Assembly: GCA_963825525.1 (NCBI GenBank)
Contig: CAWGTN010000002.1
Location: 288,001 to 352,000, forward strand
Origin: an uncultured Chloroflexia bacterium
GTDB taxonomy: Bacteria; Chloroflexota; Limnocylindria; QHBO01
Length of the DNA stretch: 64,000 bases
Direction of reading: 5' to 3'
Made by a program: the position numbers and the translations under genes. How positions within the stretch are numbered: position 1 is the first letter of the stretch; every line of letters starts with the position of its first letter. A model generated the notes under the pieces. It saw only the letters and a list, made by a program, of their open reading frames with translations. It was not told the DNA's origin and searched no databases. Shown here one piece after another: positions 51,993-60,691 of the stretch.

Positions 51993-54434
51993 TCAGCGGA
52001 TCTCGGCGCCCAAGTGATGGCGCAGCGCGCCGCGCACCTTGTTGAGCGCCTTCTCGATGGGCTTGGACTCGCCGGGCAGGTCCGGCTGGAAGCGGAGGGA
52101 GATCGCGTAGCTGACCTTGCCCTCGCCCACCTGGTCGCCGCGATAGATGTCAAACAGCCGAAGGTCAACGAGCTGTGGCCCCGCGCTGGTCCGCGCGACC
52201 CGCAGGAGCTCACCGACCGGCGTGCGCTCGTCGATGACCACCGCCAGGTCGCGGTCGACCGGCTGCGCCGCTGGCACCGGTGCCGAACGGCGGTCGGTCG
52301 GGATCAGACCGAACAGACGGCCGAGGTCGATGGACGCGTCGATCGGAGCTTGGGCCAGTCCCCAATGGCTCGCTACGCGGGGATGTACCTCCCCCAACGA
52401 CCCGTACGCCCGCCCGCCGGCATCGCAGACCAGGCCGGTGCGTCCGGGATGGCGGTGCGGATGAGCCGCGTCCGGCTCCTCCGAGCGGTAGATCGGACGC
52501 GGAGCGCCGAGCGCGTCATGCAGCGCATCGATGACTCCCTTCATGTCGGCCACATCCGCATCCCGGGCCGCCTGGCCCGGAGTTGCCGGCACCTGCGTCC
52601 CGGACAGCACCAGGCCCAGCTCCCACGACTCGTAGCGGCCCGTGCCCGCGGTCTCGGAGCGCAGGTCACGCGGCGTCGGGTGGGACGGGCGATAGCCGTA
52701 GACCTTGCCGAGGTCGAAGAGCCGCACGCTCGATTGCCGCCACCGCGCATTTTCCGCCACTCCCCGCAGCAACGACGGGGTCATGGTCGGACGCATGATC
52801 GCGTGCTCGTCACTCAGCGGGTTGAAGATCCGCACCAGCTCAGGATCGTCTGCCGGGGTCCCGGTCCGAACGAGGTCCTCGCCGCCGATGAGGGCATGGC
52901 TCACCATCTCGTCCAGCCCGAGGCCCGCCAGCACGCGTCGCACGACGTGCCGCGGCTCGCTCGGATCGGGCCGATACGGTGGCAGCGCCGCTCGCGGCAG
53001 GCGCCCCGGGATACGGTCGTAGCCGTAGGCGCGGGCGATCTCCTCGGCCACGTCGGCGTCCGAGGTGATGTCGAGGCGGTGCGGCGGCACCTGCACCTCG
53101 AGCTCGTCGCCGCCCGAGACGACGAAGCCGAGCGGCTCGATCAGCTGACGCACGCCATCCGCCGTGAGCTCGATGCCAAGCAGTCGGCTTGCTCGCTCGA
53201 CATGCACCCTGACCATCGAGCGCTGAGGCGGTTCCGGGTCGTTGTCGACGATGCCGACGGCGACCCGGGCGCCGGTGATCTCGGCGATCAGCGAGGCGGC
53301 ACGGTCGAGCGCGAGCCGTGGCAGATCGGGCCCGATGCCCTTCTCGTGCCTCGCGCTCGCCTCCGATCGAAGCCCGAGCCGCCGCGCGGTCGATCGGATG
53401 GTCGGGCCATGGAAGATCGCCGATTCCAGGATCACGCGCGTCGTCGTCTCGGTCACCTCGGTCGACGCACCGCCCATGATCCCCGCCAGTCCGATCGCGC
53501 TGCGGTCGTCGGCGATGACGAGCATCGTCGGGTCGAGCCTCCGCTCGACGTGATCAATGGTCACGAGTCGCTCATCGTCGCGCGCGCGGCGCACGACCAG
53601 CGAACCGTCGGGTACGCGGTCGGCGTCGTACGCATGCATCGGCTGTCCCAGCTCGTGCATCACGTAGTTCGTGACGTCGACTACGGCGCTCACCGGGCGC
53701 ATGCCCGCGGCCACCAGGCGTCGCTGCATCCAGTCGGGCGACGAGCCATTGCGAACCTCGTCGAACCACCGCCCCGCGAAGCGCGGGTTGAGGACCGGCT
53801 CGTCGATCCGCACGCGAAGGTGATCGGAGCTGGGTGACCCCCGCTCGGTGACCTCGGTTGCGGGACCTCGCAGCTCTCCCCCGCCGAGCGCCGCTATCTC
53901 ACGCGCCAGCCCGACCATCGAGAGTGCATCGCCGCGGTTCGGTTTGACGTCGACATCCAGCACGATCTCGCCGACCAGCTCGGCCAGGCCGATGCCGATC
54001 GGCAGCTCATCGCCGTGCCCGAGAATATGGATTCCATCGGCGTCGGCACCAAGGCCCAGCTCGATCGCGCTGCACAACATGCCGTTGCTCACGACGCCGC
54101 GGATCTTGCTGCGCTCGATGCGTCGATCTCCTGGAAGGCTGGCGCCGACGAGCGCGGCCGGCACGAGCTGCCCAACCTCCAGGTTCTGTGCGCCGCACAC
54201 GATCTCAAGCTCGCCGCCGGCTGATCCGACATCGACCCGGGTCAGCCACAGCGTGTCGGCGTTCGGATGTCGCTCGACGCTCAGCACGCGTGCGACCACG
54301 ACATCGGTCCAGTCAGCACCCGTCGTCTCGATGGAGCTGACCTCCATCCCGCGCATCGTGAGCGCCTCCGCGAGTGCGCGCGGCTCGAGGTCGATGTCAA
54401 CGTAGTCGCGGAGCCAGTCGAGCGGAACGCGCAT
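51993..54434 (-). CDS. pheT: Phenylalanine--tRNA ligase beta subunit
   Basis: HPNAD, VCGA, PNRGD, RHEKG, EEIARAYG and FDIYRG. Confidence 0.97.
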   Translation of the reverse strand: MRVPLDWLRDYVDIDLEPRALAEALTMRGMEVSSIETTGADWTDVVVARVLSVERHPNADTLWLTRVDVGSAGGELEIVCGAQNLEVGQLVPAALVGASLPGDRRIERSKIRGVVSNGMLCSAIELGLGADADGIHILGHGDELPIGIGLAELVGEIVLDVDVKPNRGDALSMVGLAREIAALGGGELRGPATEVTERGSPSSDHLRVRIDEPVLNPRFAGRWFDEVRNGSSPDWMQRRLVAAGMRPVSAVVDVTNYVMHELGQPMHAYDADRVPDGSLVVRRARDDERLVTIDHVERRLDPTMLVIADDRSAIGLAGIMGGASTEVTETTTRVILESAIFHGPTIRSTARRLGLRSEASARHEKGIGPDLPRLALDRAASLIAEITGARVAVGIVDNDPEPPQRSMVRVHVERASRLLGIELTADGVRQLIEPLGFVVSGGDELEVQVPPHRLDITSDADVAEEIARAYGYDRIPGRLPRAALPPYRPDPSEPRHVVRRVLAGLGLDEMVSHALIGGEDLVRTGTPADDPELVRIFNPLSDEHAIMRPTMTPSLLRGVAENARWRQSSVRLFDLGKVYGYRPSHPTPRDLRSETAGTGRYESWELGLVLSGTQVPATPGQAARDADVADMKGVIDALHDALGAPRPIYRSEEPDAAHPHRHPGRTGLVCDAGGRAYGSLGEVHPRVASHWGLAQAPIDASIDLGRLFGLIPTDRRSAPVPAAQPVDRDLAVVIDERTPVGELLRVARTSAGPQLVDLRLFDIYRGDQVGEGKVSYAISLRFQPDLPGESKPIEKALNKVRGALRHHLGAEIR

Positions 54435-55517
54435 CTACCGGCCCTCGACGAACTGCGATGTGAACCGCGTGTCCGCGCTGAAGAAGAGCCGGATGTCGCT
54501 GATCCCGTGCCGAAGCATCGTCATGCGGTCCGGCCCCATGCCGAAGGCATAGCCCTGGTACTCGTCCGGGTCGAACCCTCCGTTGCGGAGGACCGTGGGA
54601 TGCACCATGCCGGCACCCAGGATCGTCATCCAGCCGGTGCGCTGGCAGGCCGCGCATCCCGGCCCGCCGCACACGAGACAGCCGACATCGAACGCGACGC
54701 TCGGCTCGGTGAACGGGTAGTACCCGGGGCGGAAGCGGGTCCGCACGTCGCGGCCGTAGAGCGCCGCTGCGATCTCCTCGAGCATTCCCTTGAGGTCCGC
54801 CAGGCTCGTATCTCGGTCGACGACCAGGCCCTCGACCTGGAAGAACTCGAATGCATGGCTGGCGTCGACCGCCTCATAGCGGAAGCATCGGCCCGGGGTG
54901 ATGACGCGAATGGGCGCGTCCAGCGCCTGCATGGCGCGGACCTGCACGGGGCTGGTGTGCGTGCGCAGGATGGTCCCGTCCGATGCCGGCCGTGGATCCC
55001 CCGCCTCGACCGATCCGGGCTCGGCCACGTAGAGCGTGTCCCACAGGTCGCGGGCCGGGTGCTCCGGCGGGATGTTCAGCAGCTCGAAGTTGTACTCCTC
55101 GGTCTCGATCTCGGGGCCCTCGAAGACCTCGAAGCCGAACGCATGGAAGACCTCGCGCAGGTCGCGCATCAACGTCTGCACCGGGTGCAGGTGCCCGATG
55201 CGCACCGGGCGCCCCGGTGCGCTCATGTCGATGGCCTCGCTGGCCAGGCGCCCGTCAAGCGCGCCAGCGGTCACGGCCTCCATCCGCGCCGACAGCGCGT
55301 TCTCCACGGCGCCGCGAACGTCATTGGCGAGCTTGCCGAGAACCGGCCGGTCCGCGACCGGGGCGCCTGCCAGCTGCTTGAGCAGCGCCGTCAGGCGGCC
55401 GGAGCGCCCCAGGAAGTCACGCCGCACAGCGTCGACCGCATCGGGGCTGTCCGCGTCGCTCAAGCGCCCCATGGCCTCGGATCGGAGGCCGGTGAGCGCG
55501 TCGCCCAGGTCCGTCAT
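54435..55517 (-). CDS. pheS: Phenylalanine--tRNA ligase alpha subunit
   Basis: GHLHP, HPARD, LRTHTS, YPFTEP and AFGMG. Confidence 0.97.
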   Translation of the reverse strand: MTDLGDALTGLRSEAMGRLSDADSPDAVDAVRRDFLGRSGRLTALLKQLAGAPVADRPVLGKLANDVRGAVENALSARMEAVTAGALDGRLASEAIDMSAPGRPVRIGHLHPVQTLMRDLREVFHAFGFEVFEGPEIETEEYNFELLNIPPEHPARDLWDTLYVAEPGSVEAGDPRPASDGTILRTHTSPVQVRAMQALDAPIRVITPGRCFRYEAVDASHAFEFFQVEGLVVDRDTSLADLKGMLEEIAAALYGRDVRTRFRPGYYPFTEPSVAFDVGCLVCGGPGCAACQRTGWMTILGAGMVHPTVLRNGGFDPDEYQGYAFGMGPDRMTMLRHGISDIRLFFSADTRFTSQFVEGR

Positions 55518-55575
55518 TGGGACTCGATCTCCGCGTTGGCTCGTGTGTGCATCGGTGCGTGCTGCATCATCGGTG

Positions 55576-55613
55576 AAAACGAACGACCCCGCCCCGCTTC
55601 CGGGACAGGGTCG
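55576..55613 (-). terminator. Intrinsic terminator after rplT
   Basis: Minus strand CGACCCTGTCCC-loop-GGGGCGGGGTCG followed by TTCGTTTT. Confidence 0.7.
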
Positions 55614-55640
55614 GTGAGACCGATCGGCTTGCGCCGACGG

Positions 55641-56000
55641 TCAGCTGGTAAAGGTCGCTTTCGCCGTCTCGACCATCGCGGCGAAGGCAGCGGGCTCGCG
55701 AATGGCCATGTCAGCCAGGATCTTGCGGTCGACCTCGACCCCCGCGGACTTCAGCCCCGCGATGAACCGGCCATACGGCACGCCGTGCTGACGGGAGGCC
55801 GCGTTGATGCGCTCGATCCACAGGCGTCGCATGTCCCGCTTCCGATTCCGGCGGTCGCGGTACGCGTAGACGAGGGCGTGGATGAGGGCTTCCCGCGCCG
55901 GCCGGATCAGCGTCGAGCGCGTCCCACGACGACCCTCGGCGCGATTGAGCAGCTTCTTGTGGCGCTTGTGGGCGGTGACGCCACGCTTGACTCTGGCCAT
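55641..56000 (-). CDS. rplT: 50S ribosomal protein L20
   Basis: [25 protein letters not shown] and DRKILAD. Confidence 0.98.
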   Translation of the reverse strand: MARVKRGVTAHKRHKKLLNRAEGRRGTRSTLIRPAREALIHALVYAYRDRRNRKRDMRRLWIERINAASRQHGVPYGRFIAGLKSAGVEVDRKILADMAIREPAAFAAMVETAKATFTS

Positions 56001-56003
56001 CGG

Positions 56004-56213
56004 CTACTTCCCCTTGCCGGCGTACGGCATGAGGCGCTCGAGCTGGGCAGTGTGTGTGGAGGACGCCTCCGTCACGCCGTCATAGCGCCGTCGGCGCCGA
56101 GCGGACTTGATCTCGAGATGGTGGCCACGCCACGCCTTCGGGCGCACCCACTTGCCGGAACCGGTCTTCCGGTAGCGCTTGGCCGTGCCCTTGTGGGTCT
56201 TCATCTTTGGCAT
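56004..56213 (-). CDS. rpmI: 50S ribosomal protein L35
   Basis: MPKMKTHKGTAKRY...LMPY. Confidence 0.96.
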   Translation of the reverse strand: MPKMKTHKGTAKRYRKTGSGKWVRPKAWRGHHLEIKSARRRRRYDGVTEASSTHTAQLERLMPYAGKGK

Positions 56214-56220
56214 ATTCGGT

Positions 56221-56883
56221 CTACGATCCCTGCTGTGCCGGCGCCTCGCCCGCCGCCGGAGCCGCCGGCTCACGCGCTGGAGCCGGAACCTTGGCGGCGA
56301 TCGCGTCACCGATGGTGTCGCCGGCAGCCGCGGATCCGTCCGCTTCGCCGTTCTCGCTCTTCTTCTCCGGTCGCTTCTCGACCGGTGCCATCACGATGTA
56401 CATGCTTCGGCCCTCGAGCAGTGGTTGCCGCTCGATGAAGCCGTGCTCGGAGAGCTCCTCCGCCGTCCGCATCAGCAGATCGCGTCCGAGATTCGCGTGG
56501 CTGATCTCTCGCCCGCGGAATCGCACCGTGACCTTGACGCGGTCCCCCTTGTCGAGGAACTCCGCCGCTCGCCGCGCCTTCGTGCGGAGGTCGTGGACGT
56601 CGATCTTGACGGCCAGGCGAACTTCCTTGAAGGTCTGCGACTTCTGCTTCTTCTTTTGCTCGCGTTCGCGCTTCTGCAGCTCGTACTTGTACTGGCCGTA
56701 GTCGAGGATGCGACAGACCGGCGGGACCGCGGTGGGTGCGACCTCCACGAGGTCGAGACCCCTTTCCTGTGCCAGAGCGAGCGCCTCGGACGTCGCCATG
56801 ACGCCCAACTGCTGCCCTTCATCGTCAATGATCCTCACCTCGCGGATGCGGATCATCTCGTTGATGCGGAGGTCCTTGGCCAG
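56221..56883 (-). CDS. infC: Translation initiation factor IF-3 (probable CTG start)
   Basis: GAAGGAG RBS then CTG GCC AAG GAC CTC CGC ATC AAC GAG (xAKDLRINE). LDLVEV, PPVCRILDYG and VRFRGRE. Confidence 0.95.
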   Translation of the reverse strand: MAKDLRINEMIRIREVRIIDDEGQQLGVMATSEALALAQERGLDLVEVAPTAVPPVCRILDYGQYKYELQKREREQKKKQKSQTFKEVRLAVKIDVHDLRTKARRAAEFLDKGDRVKVTVRFRGREISHANLGRDLLMRTAEELSEHGFIERQPLLEGRSMYIVMAPVEKRPEKKSENGEADGSAAAGDTIGDAIAAKVPAPAREPAAPAAGEAPAQQGS

Positions 56884-56904
56884 CTTTCTTGCTCTCCTTC
56901 AACA

Positions 56905-56994
56905 ACAAGGCCACCGTACCGATCACGGACGGGTGGCCTTGCAACGTACGCGAAATGCCGACGAAGGATACACCGAAACCGAACGGATGGTCAA
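56905..56994 (-). promoter_or_regulatory. infC promoter and leader hairpin (possible L20-type attenuator)
   Basis: TTGACC(56994)-18nt-TATCCT(56970). Hairpin AAGGCCACC...GGTGGCCTT (56907-56940) followed by GTTGTT. Confidence 0.55.
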
Positions 56995-57020
56995 CGCGAG
57001 GACCACGGCGCCGGACAGCG

Positions 57021-57048
57021 ATGAGGACCGCCTTTCGGCAGTCCTCAT
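57021..57048 (-). terminator. GAAA-capped hairpin closing the peptide transcript
   Basis: Minus strand ATGAGGACTGCC-GAAA-GGCGGTCCTCAT; no strong U tract. Confidence 0.55.
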
Positions 57049-57086
57049 GTTCGCTCCGCGGACTCGTGAGAGCCCAGGCCGGTTGG

Positions 57087-57188
57087 TCAGTACCAGCGAT
57101 GTCCGGCCCGGATCACCAGGTCCAGCGGAGCGGGCACTGTCGGAGCAGCCTGCAGTCGGTCGTCTGAGTTGCACACGAACGCGTACAT
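57087..57188 (-). CDS. 33-aa peptide ending AGHRWY (not in ORF track)
   Basis: ATG 1 nt after the stop of the upstream peptide; MYAFVCNSDDRLQAAPTVPAPLDLVIRAGHRWY. Confidence 0.5.
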   Translation of the reverse strand: MYAFVCNSDDRLQAAPTVPAPLDLVIRAGHRWY

Positions 57189-57189
57189 C

Positions 57190-57279
57190 TCAGTTCCACC
57201 GCATGCCGGCTGCAAGGGAGAGGGCCATCGACGCCAGGATCGTGACGGCCCAGGTGAGTCGCGTCAGTCGGTAAGCCAC
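57190..57279 (-). CDS. 29-aa signal-peptide-like precursor ending AGMRWN (not in ORF track)
   Basis: GAGGTG RBS 7 nt before the GTG; MAYRLTRLTWAVTILASMALSLAAGMRWN. First ORF downstream of the riboswitch. Confidence 0.75.
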   Translation of the reverse strand: MAYRLTRLTWAVTILASMALSLAAGMRWN

Positions 57280-57309
57280 GCTTGTTCACCTCGATGAGGG
57301 GACACGATC

Positions 57310-57398
57310 GGAGCCGGCAACCGGGCGGCCTCGGTCCCGTATTGGGCGAGGTCCCTGGCTTTGCGTCCCCGCCTCGCGGCGGGTTTGCCCTGGACGGA
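57310..57398 (-). ncRNA. Cyclic di-GMP-I riboswitch (GEMM-I)
   Basis: Minus strand CAGGGCAAACCCGCC-GCGA-GGCGGGGACGCAAAGCCAGGGACCT...AGGCCGCCCGGTTGCCG. Matches the class-I hallmarks GGCAAAC, GNRA-capped P2, GACGCAAAGC and GGTT(A/G)CC. Confidence 0.92.
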
Positions 57399-57458
57399 CG
57401 ATCGACGGAAGGCGATTCTCGCCCTCAGTGCGACCGTAGGCCGGAGGTCCGGGCACGC

Positions 57459-58034
57459 CTATCGCTCATCGGTACTCGGCGGGGGGTACGTTGGTGGGAG
57501 GTTCCCCGGCGCACCGCCCCTGCGCATCAGCACGGCAATCGTCCACGCCACCCCGATGGCGATGAGCACGTCGCCGACGCTGAACACGTTGGCGAACGGG
57601 AGTGGCGGAGGAAGCGCAAAGATGTCGGTCAGGGGATGCAGTCGTGGGGCGTCCATCACGACGCTGTTCGAGTAGCCCTCGTTGACCTCCCGCCCGAGGG
57701 CGGCGAGGGCACCGGGCGAGGCGGGCATCGAGCCGCCGTTTGCCACGATGGCGGCGAGGTTGCTTGCTGCGCCGATCGCCACCAATCCCAGGCCACCGAG
57801 CGCCAGGTTGCGGAGGACCACCACCAGCACCAGTGCGGTCGACCCGACATAGATGGGCATGCCGAGGTCGCCGACGCGCTCGGCCACCGGCCCGAAGAAG
57901 AGAACCACCTGGATCATCAGCCCGATGAGCGCCAGCGGTGCCCAACGGAGACGCGCGTCGCCCAGGCGGGACAGCTCCCCGCCGCCGAGCCACCCGGCAA
58001 GCAGACCGGCCGGCAGCGCGTAGAGCATGAACAT
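57459..58034 (-). CDS. DUF5317 family membrane protein
   Basis: GWLGGG, NL..IVANGGSMP, LTDIFALP and NVFSVGDVLI. TGATG coupling to the upstream sensor. Confidence 0.85.
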   Translation of the reverse strand: MFMLYALPAGLLAGWLGGGELSRLGDARLRWAPLALIGLMIQVVLFFGPVAERVGDLGMPIYVGSTALVLVVVLRNLALGGLGLVAIGAASNLAAIVANGGSMPASPGALAALGREVNEGYSNSVVMDAPRLHPLTDIFALPPPLPFANVFSVGDVLIAIGVAWTIAVLMRRGGAPGNLPPTYPPPSTDER

Positions 58035-60691
58035 CAGTCAGCCAGGCCCCGCACGAGCGGCGGGATGGCGGGGGCCGACGCTGCGTTCCGTCGAGCGGAT
58101 CCCATGCCGATCACGGTTGGATTCATGCGGAGCGTCTCAATGGGCGCCGGGCGAGCGAACAGGTAGCCCTGCCCGATCTCGCAGCCCATCTCGCGCAGCC
58201 GAGCCAGCTGTCCGGCGTCCTCGATGCCCTCGGCAATGACCATGAGCCCGAGCCGTTGACCCAGCGCCAGGATCGCTCCGGTGAACGCCCACTCCTGCCC
58301 CTCGTCTGCTGCGGGCCCGACGAAGTCCTTCGCGATCTTGAGGATGTCGACCGGGAACCGACGCAGGTACGTGAGCGACGCGTAGCCGGTCCCGAAGTCA
58401 TCGATGGCGATCCGGACGCCGAGGGCTCTCAGCGACTTGAGCTTTTCGATCGTTGCCTGGGTGTCGCGGAACATCGCCGTTTCGGTGATCTCGATGACCA
58501 GGCGCGAAGCGGGCAGGCCGCTCGACTCCAGCACGGCTTCGACGTCCGCGAGAAACTCGCGCTGCTGGAGCTGTACCGCCGAGACGTTCACGCTCACGAA
58601 GAAGTCGTCGTCGATCGGCAGGGATCCATGGACCATGCTGATCTCGTTGGCTGCCGTCTCCATCACGAAGCGCCCCAGCGGGATAATCGCCCCGGACGCC
58701 TCCGCCAGCGCGATGAACTCGTCGGGGTTCACGAGGTCGCGTCCCGGCCGACGCCAACGGGCCAGCGCCTCCATCCCGATGGCCCGGCCGCTGACCAGGT
58801 CGACGATGGGCTGATGCACGACCATGAGCTCGCTTCGCCCGACGGCGCCGCTGAGCGCGTTCGTCATCTCGTGCCGCGCGATGATGGCCGCATGCAGCAT
58901 CGGGTCGAAGACCGCGAACTGCCTCCGTCCATTTCCCTTCGCGGTGTACATCGCCACGTCCGCGTTTCCGAGCAGCTCATCCGCGGACTGCTGCGGACCC
59001 TGGCTGGCCGCGATCCCGATGCTCACGCCGACGGTCACCTCGCGTCCGTGCACCGGGAAGGCATTCCCGAGCGCCGCCACCAGGCGCTCCGCCACGGCGG
59101 CTGATCGGCTGAGATCGGGCTCATCTGCGAGCAGGATGGCGAACTCGTCGCCTCCGAGGCGCGACGCAAGGTCATCCTCTCGGACACAGGCGCGAATGCG
59201 CTCCGCGACCATCACGAGGAGCTCGTCACCGGCCGCATGGCCGAGCGTGTCATTGACGTTCTTGAAATCGTCGAGGTCGAGCAGCAGCACGACGGCGCAC
59301 GGCCCATCGGCTTCCTGGCCGGCGATGCGCGAGGACGCCGCCTCGGTAAACGAGGCGCGGTTCGGCATGTCGGTCAGTGGATCGTGGTACGCCTGGTAGC
59401 GAAGCTGCTCCTTGAGCCGCGACAGTTCTGCCAGTGACTGCTCGAGCTGGCCGTTCTCGAGGGCGACCGCAGCCTGGTTGGCGAGCGTTTCGAGCAGCCG
59501 CAGGTCGTCGTTTCCGAATGTCGTCCCCTCGGTCAGCCTGTTGGCGACCGTGAAGAGCCCGATCACACCGGCTTCGCCGACCAGCGGCGCAACCATGGCC
59601 TGTCGAATGGCCATCAGCCTGCCTCCGGGAGTTTCAGCCAGGTGCACGAATCCCGCGCGACGCTCGTCGATCAGGTCGCCCAGCGCAGGATCGATGCGCA
59701 TTTCGGGGATCGGCTGGATCGTCTCCGACGGGGCGTCGTGCAGCGACGTGGTGCGCAGAGCGTGCTGATCCGTGGCATCCGGGCGCAGGACGAGCTCGGC
59801 AACTTCCGCGCGGAACATCGAGCGGGCGTGATCGAGAAGTGCGACCAGGGCGACGTCAAGCTCCGGCGAGTGCTGGAGGATGCGGCTCGACTGATACACC
59901 ATCTCGAGCCGCTCATGCTTCTCTCGCTCCGAAACCCAAGCCCGATACGCGAGGAAGAGGGTGATGATCGGGATTGCCAGCAGCCACAGCGCGCCGGGGC
60001 TGGCCCACAGGATGGTCACCGCCACCAGCGCGATGCTCGTGTTCGCCACGGCGACCATGAGTCCGAACTGCAGCATGTCGGGGAGCTTCTTGTACTGGGG
60101 TGCGCCCCCGGACAGGGTGATGGCCGTGGCGATGCTCAGTGCCCCGACGACCGTGGCGGCCGCCGTCGCTCCGAACGCCGCAAGGTAGTCGGTCAGGTGC
60201 GGCATGCCGGTGCCGGCCGCGGCCACCTGGAAGATCGCCATCATCACGACCGCCAGGAGGAGATAGTTCGCGAGGTTGAAGGCGACCTTCACCGGGGCCT
60301 GTCGCAACAGCACCAGTGCCGTCAGCGCCCCGACACCCAGGGCGAGAAGGTAGGTCCCCGCGGGCAGGAAGAACAGGCCGATCACGGCCGGCATCTCCGT
60401 CAGAGAGAACGCATGGGACTCGCGACGGAAGTGGACCTCGATGACCTTGATGTCGGCGAGCGCGAACCCGGCCGCGATCGCAATCCAGGGAATCTCGAAT
60501 GGCACGCCACGGCGCGGCGCCGGGGCCACGAACTGCAGGTAGACGAGCAGTGCCAGTCCGGCCAGGAGGAACGAGAAGAGCCACACCCTGCGCGCCGGTC
60601 CAGCCGCCACGAAGCCGGCCCGGATCCGCTGCAGCGGCGAGCGTGGATGCAGGACCCGATCGTCGGCGGTAGGTGCCGTGGGTGAAACCAC
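58034..60691 (-). CDS. Multi-TM sensor-GAF-GGDEF-EAL protein
   Basis: About 7-8 TM segments (HFRRESHAFS, KVAFNLA), GAF, HDPLT, RLGGDEF, MEALARW, DDFGTGY and AEGIE. Start uncertain (60691-60748). Confidence 0.92.
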   Translation of the reverse strand: MVSPTAPTADDRVLHPRSPLQRIRAGFVAAGPARRVWLFSFLLAGLALLVYLQFVAPAPRRGVPFEIPWIAIAAGFALADIKVIEVHFRRESHAFSLTEMPAVIGLFFLPAGTYLLALGVGALTALVLLRQAPVKVAFNLANYLLLAVVMMAIFQVAAAGTGMPHLTDYLAAFGATAAATVVGALSIATAITLSGGAPQYKKLPDMLQFGLMVAVANTSIALVAVTILWASPGALWLLAIPIITLFLAYRAWVSEREKHERLEMVYQSSRILQHSPELDVALVALLDHARSMFRAEVAELVLRPDATDQHALRTTSLHDAPSETIQPIPEMRIDPALGDLIDERRAGFVHLAETPGGRLMAIRQAMVAPLVGEAGVIGLFTVANRLTEGTTFGNDDLRLLETLANQAAVALENGQLEQSLAELSRLKEQLRYQAYHDPLTDMPNRASFTEAASSRIAGQEADGPCAVVLLLDLDDFKNVNDTLGHAAGDELLVMVAERIRACVREDDLASRLGGDEFAILLADEPDLSRSAAVAERLVAALGNAFPVHGREVTVGVSIGIAASQGPQQSADELLGNADVAMYTAKGNGRRQFAVFDPMLHAAIIARHEMTNALSGAVGRSELMVVHQPIVDLVSGRAIGMEALARWRRPGRDLVNPDEFIALAEASGAIIPLGRFVMETAANEISMVHGSLPIDDDFFVSVNVSAVQLQQREFLADVEAVLESSGLPASRLVIEITETAMFRDTQATIEKLKSLRALGVRIAIDDFGTGYASLTYLRRFPVDILKIAKDFVGPAADEGQEWAFTGAILALGQRLGLMVIAEGIEDAGQLARLREMGCEIGQGYLFARPAPIETLRMNPTVIGMGSARRNAASAPAIPPLVRGLAD

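Noticed and set aside
55518-55640. Possible T-box leader before pheS
   Set aside because: The gap is only about 120 nt, has no AAGGTGGTACC-like T-box sequence, and contains just a terminator hairpin.
51924-56438. Long plus-strand ORFs (637 aa and 723 aa) and the many similar antisense ORFs across the window
   Set aside because: They are shadows of pheT/pheS/rplT and other real genes in high-GC DNA, with no recognisable motifs.
56923-57174. 83-aa minus-strand ORF as the riboswitch target
   Set aside because: It has no RBS and runs through the hairpin and the infC promoter. The 29-aa ORF has the better RBS and position.
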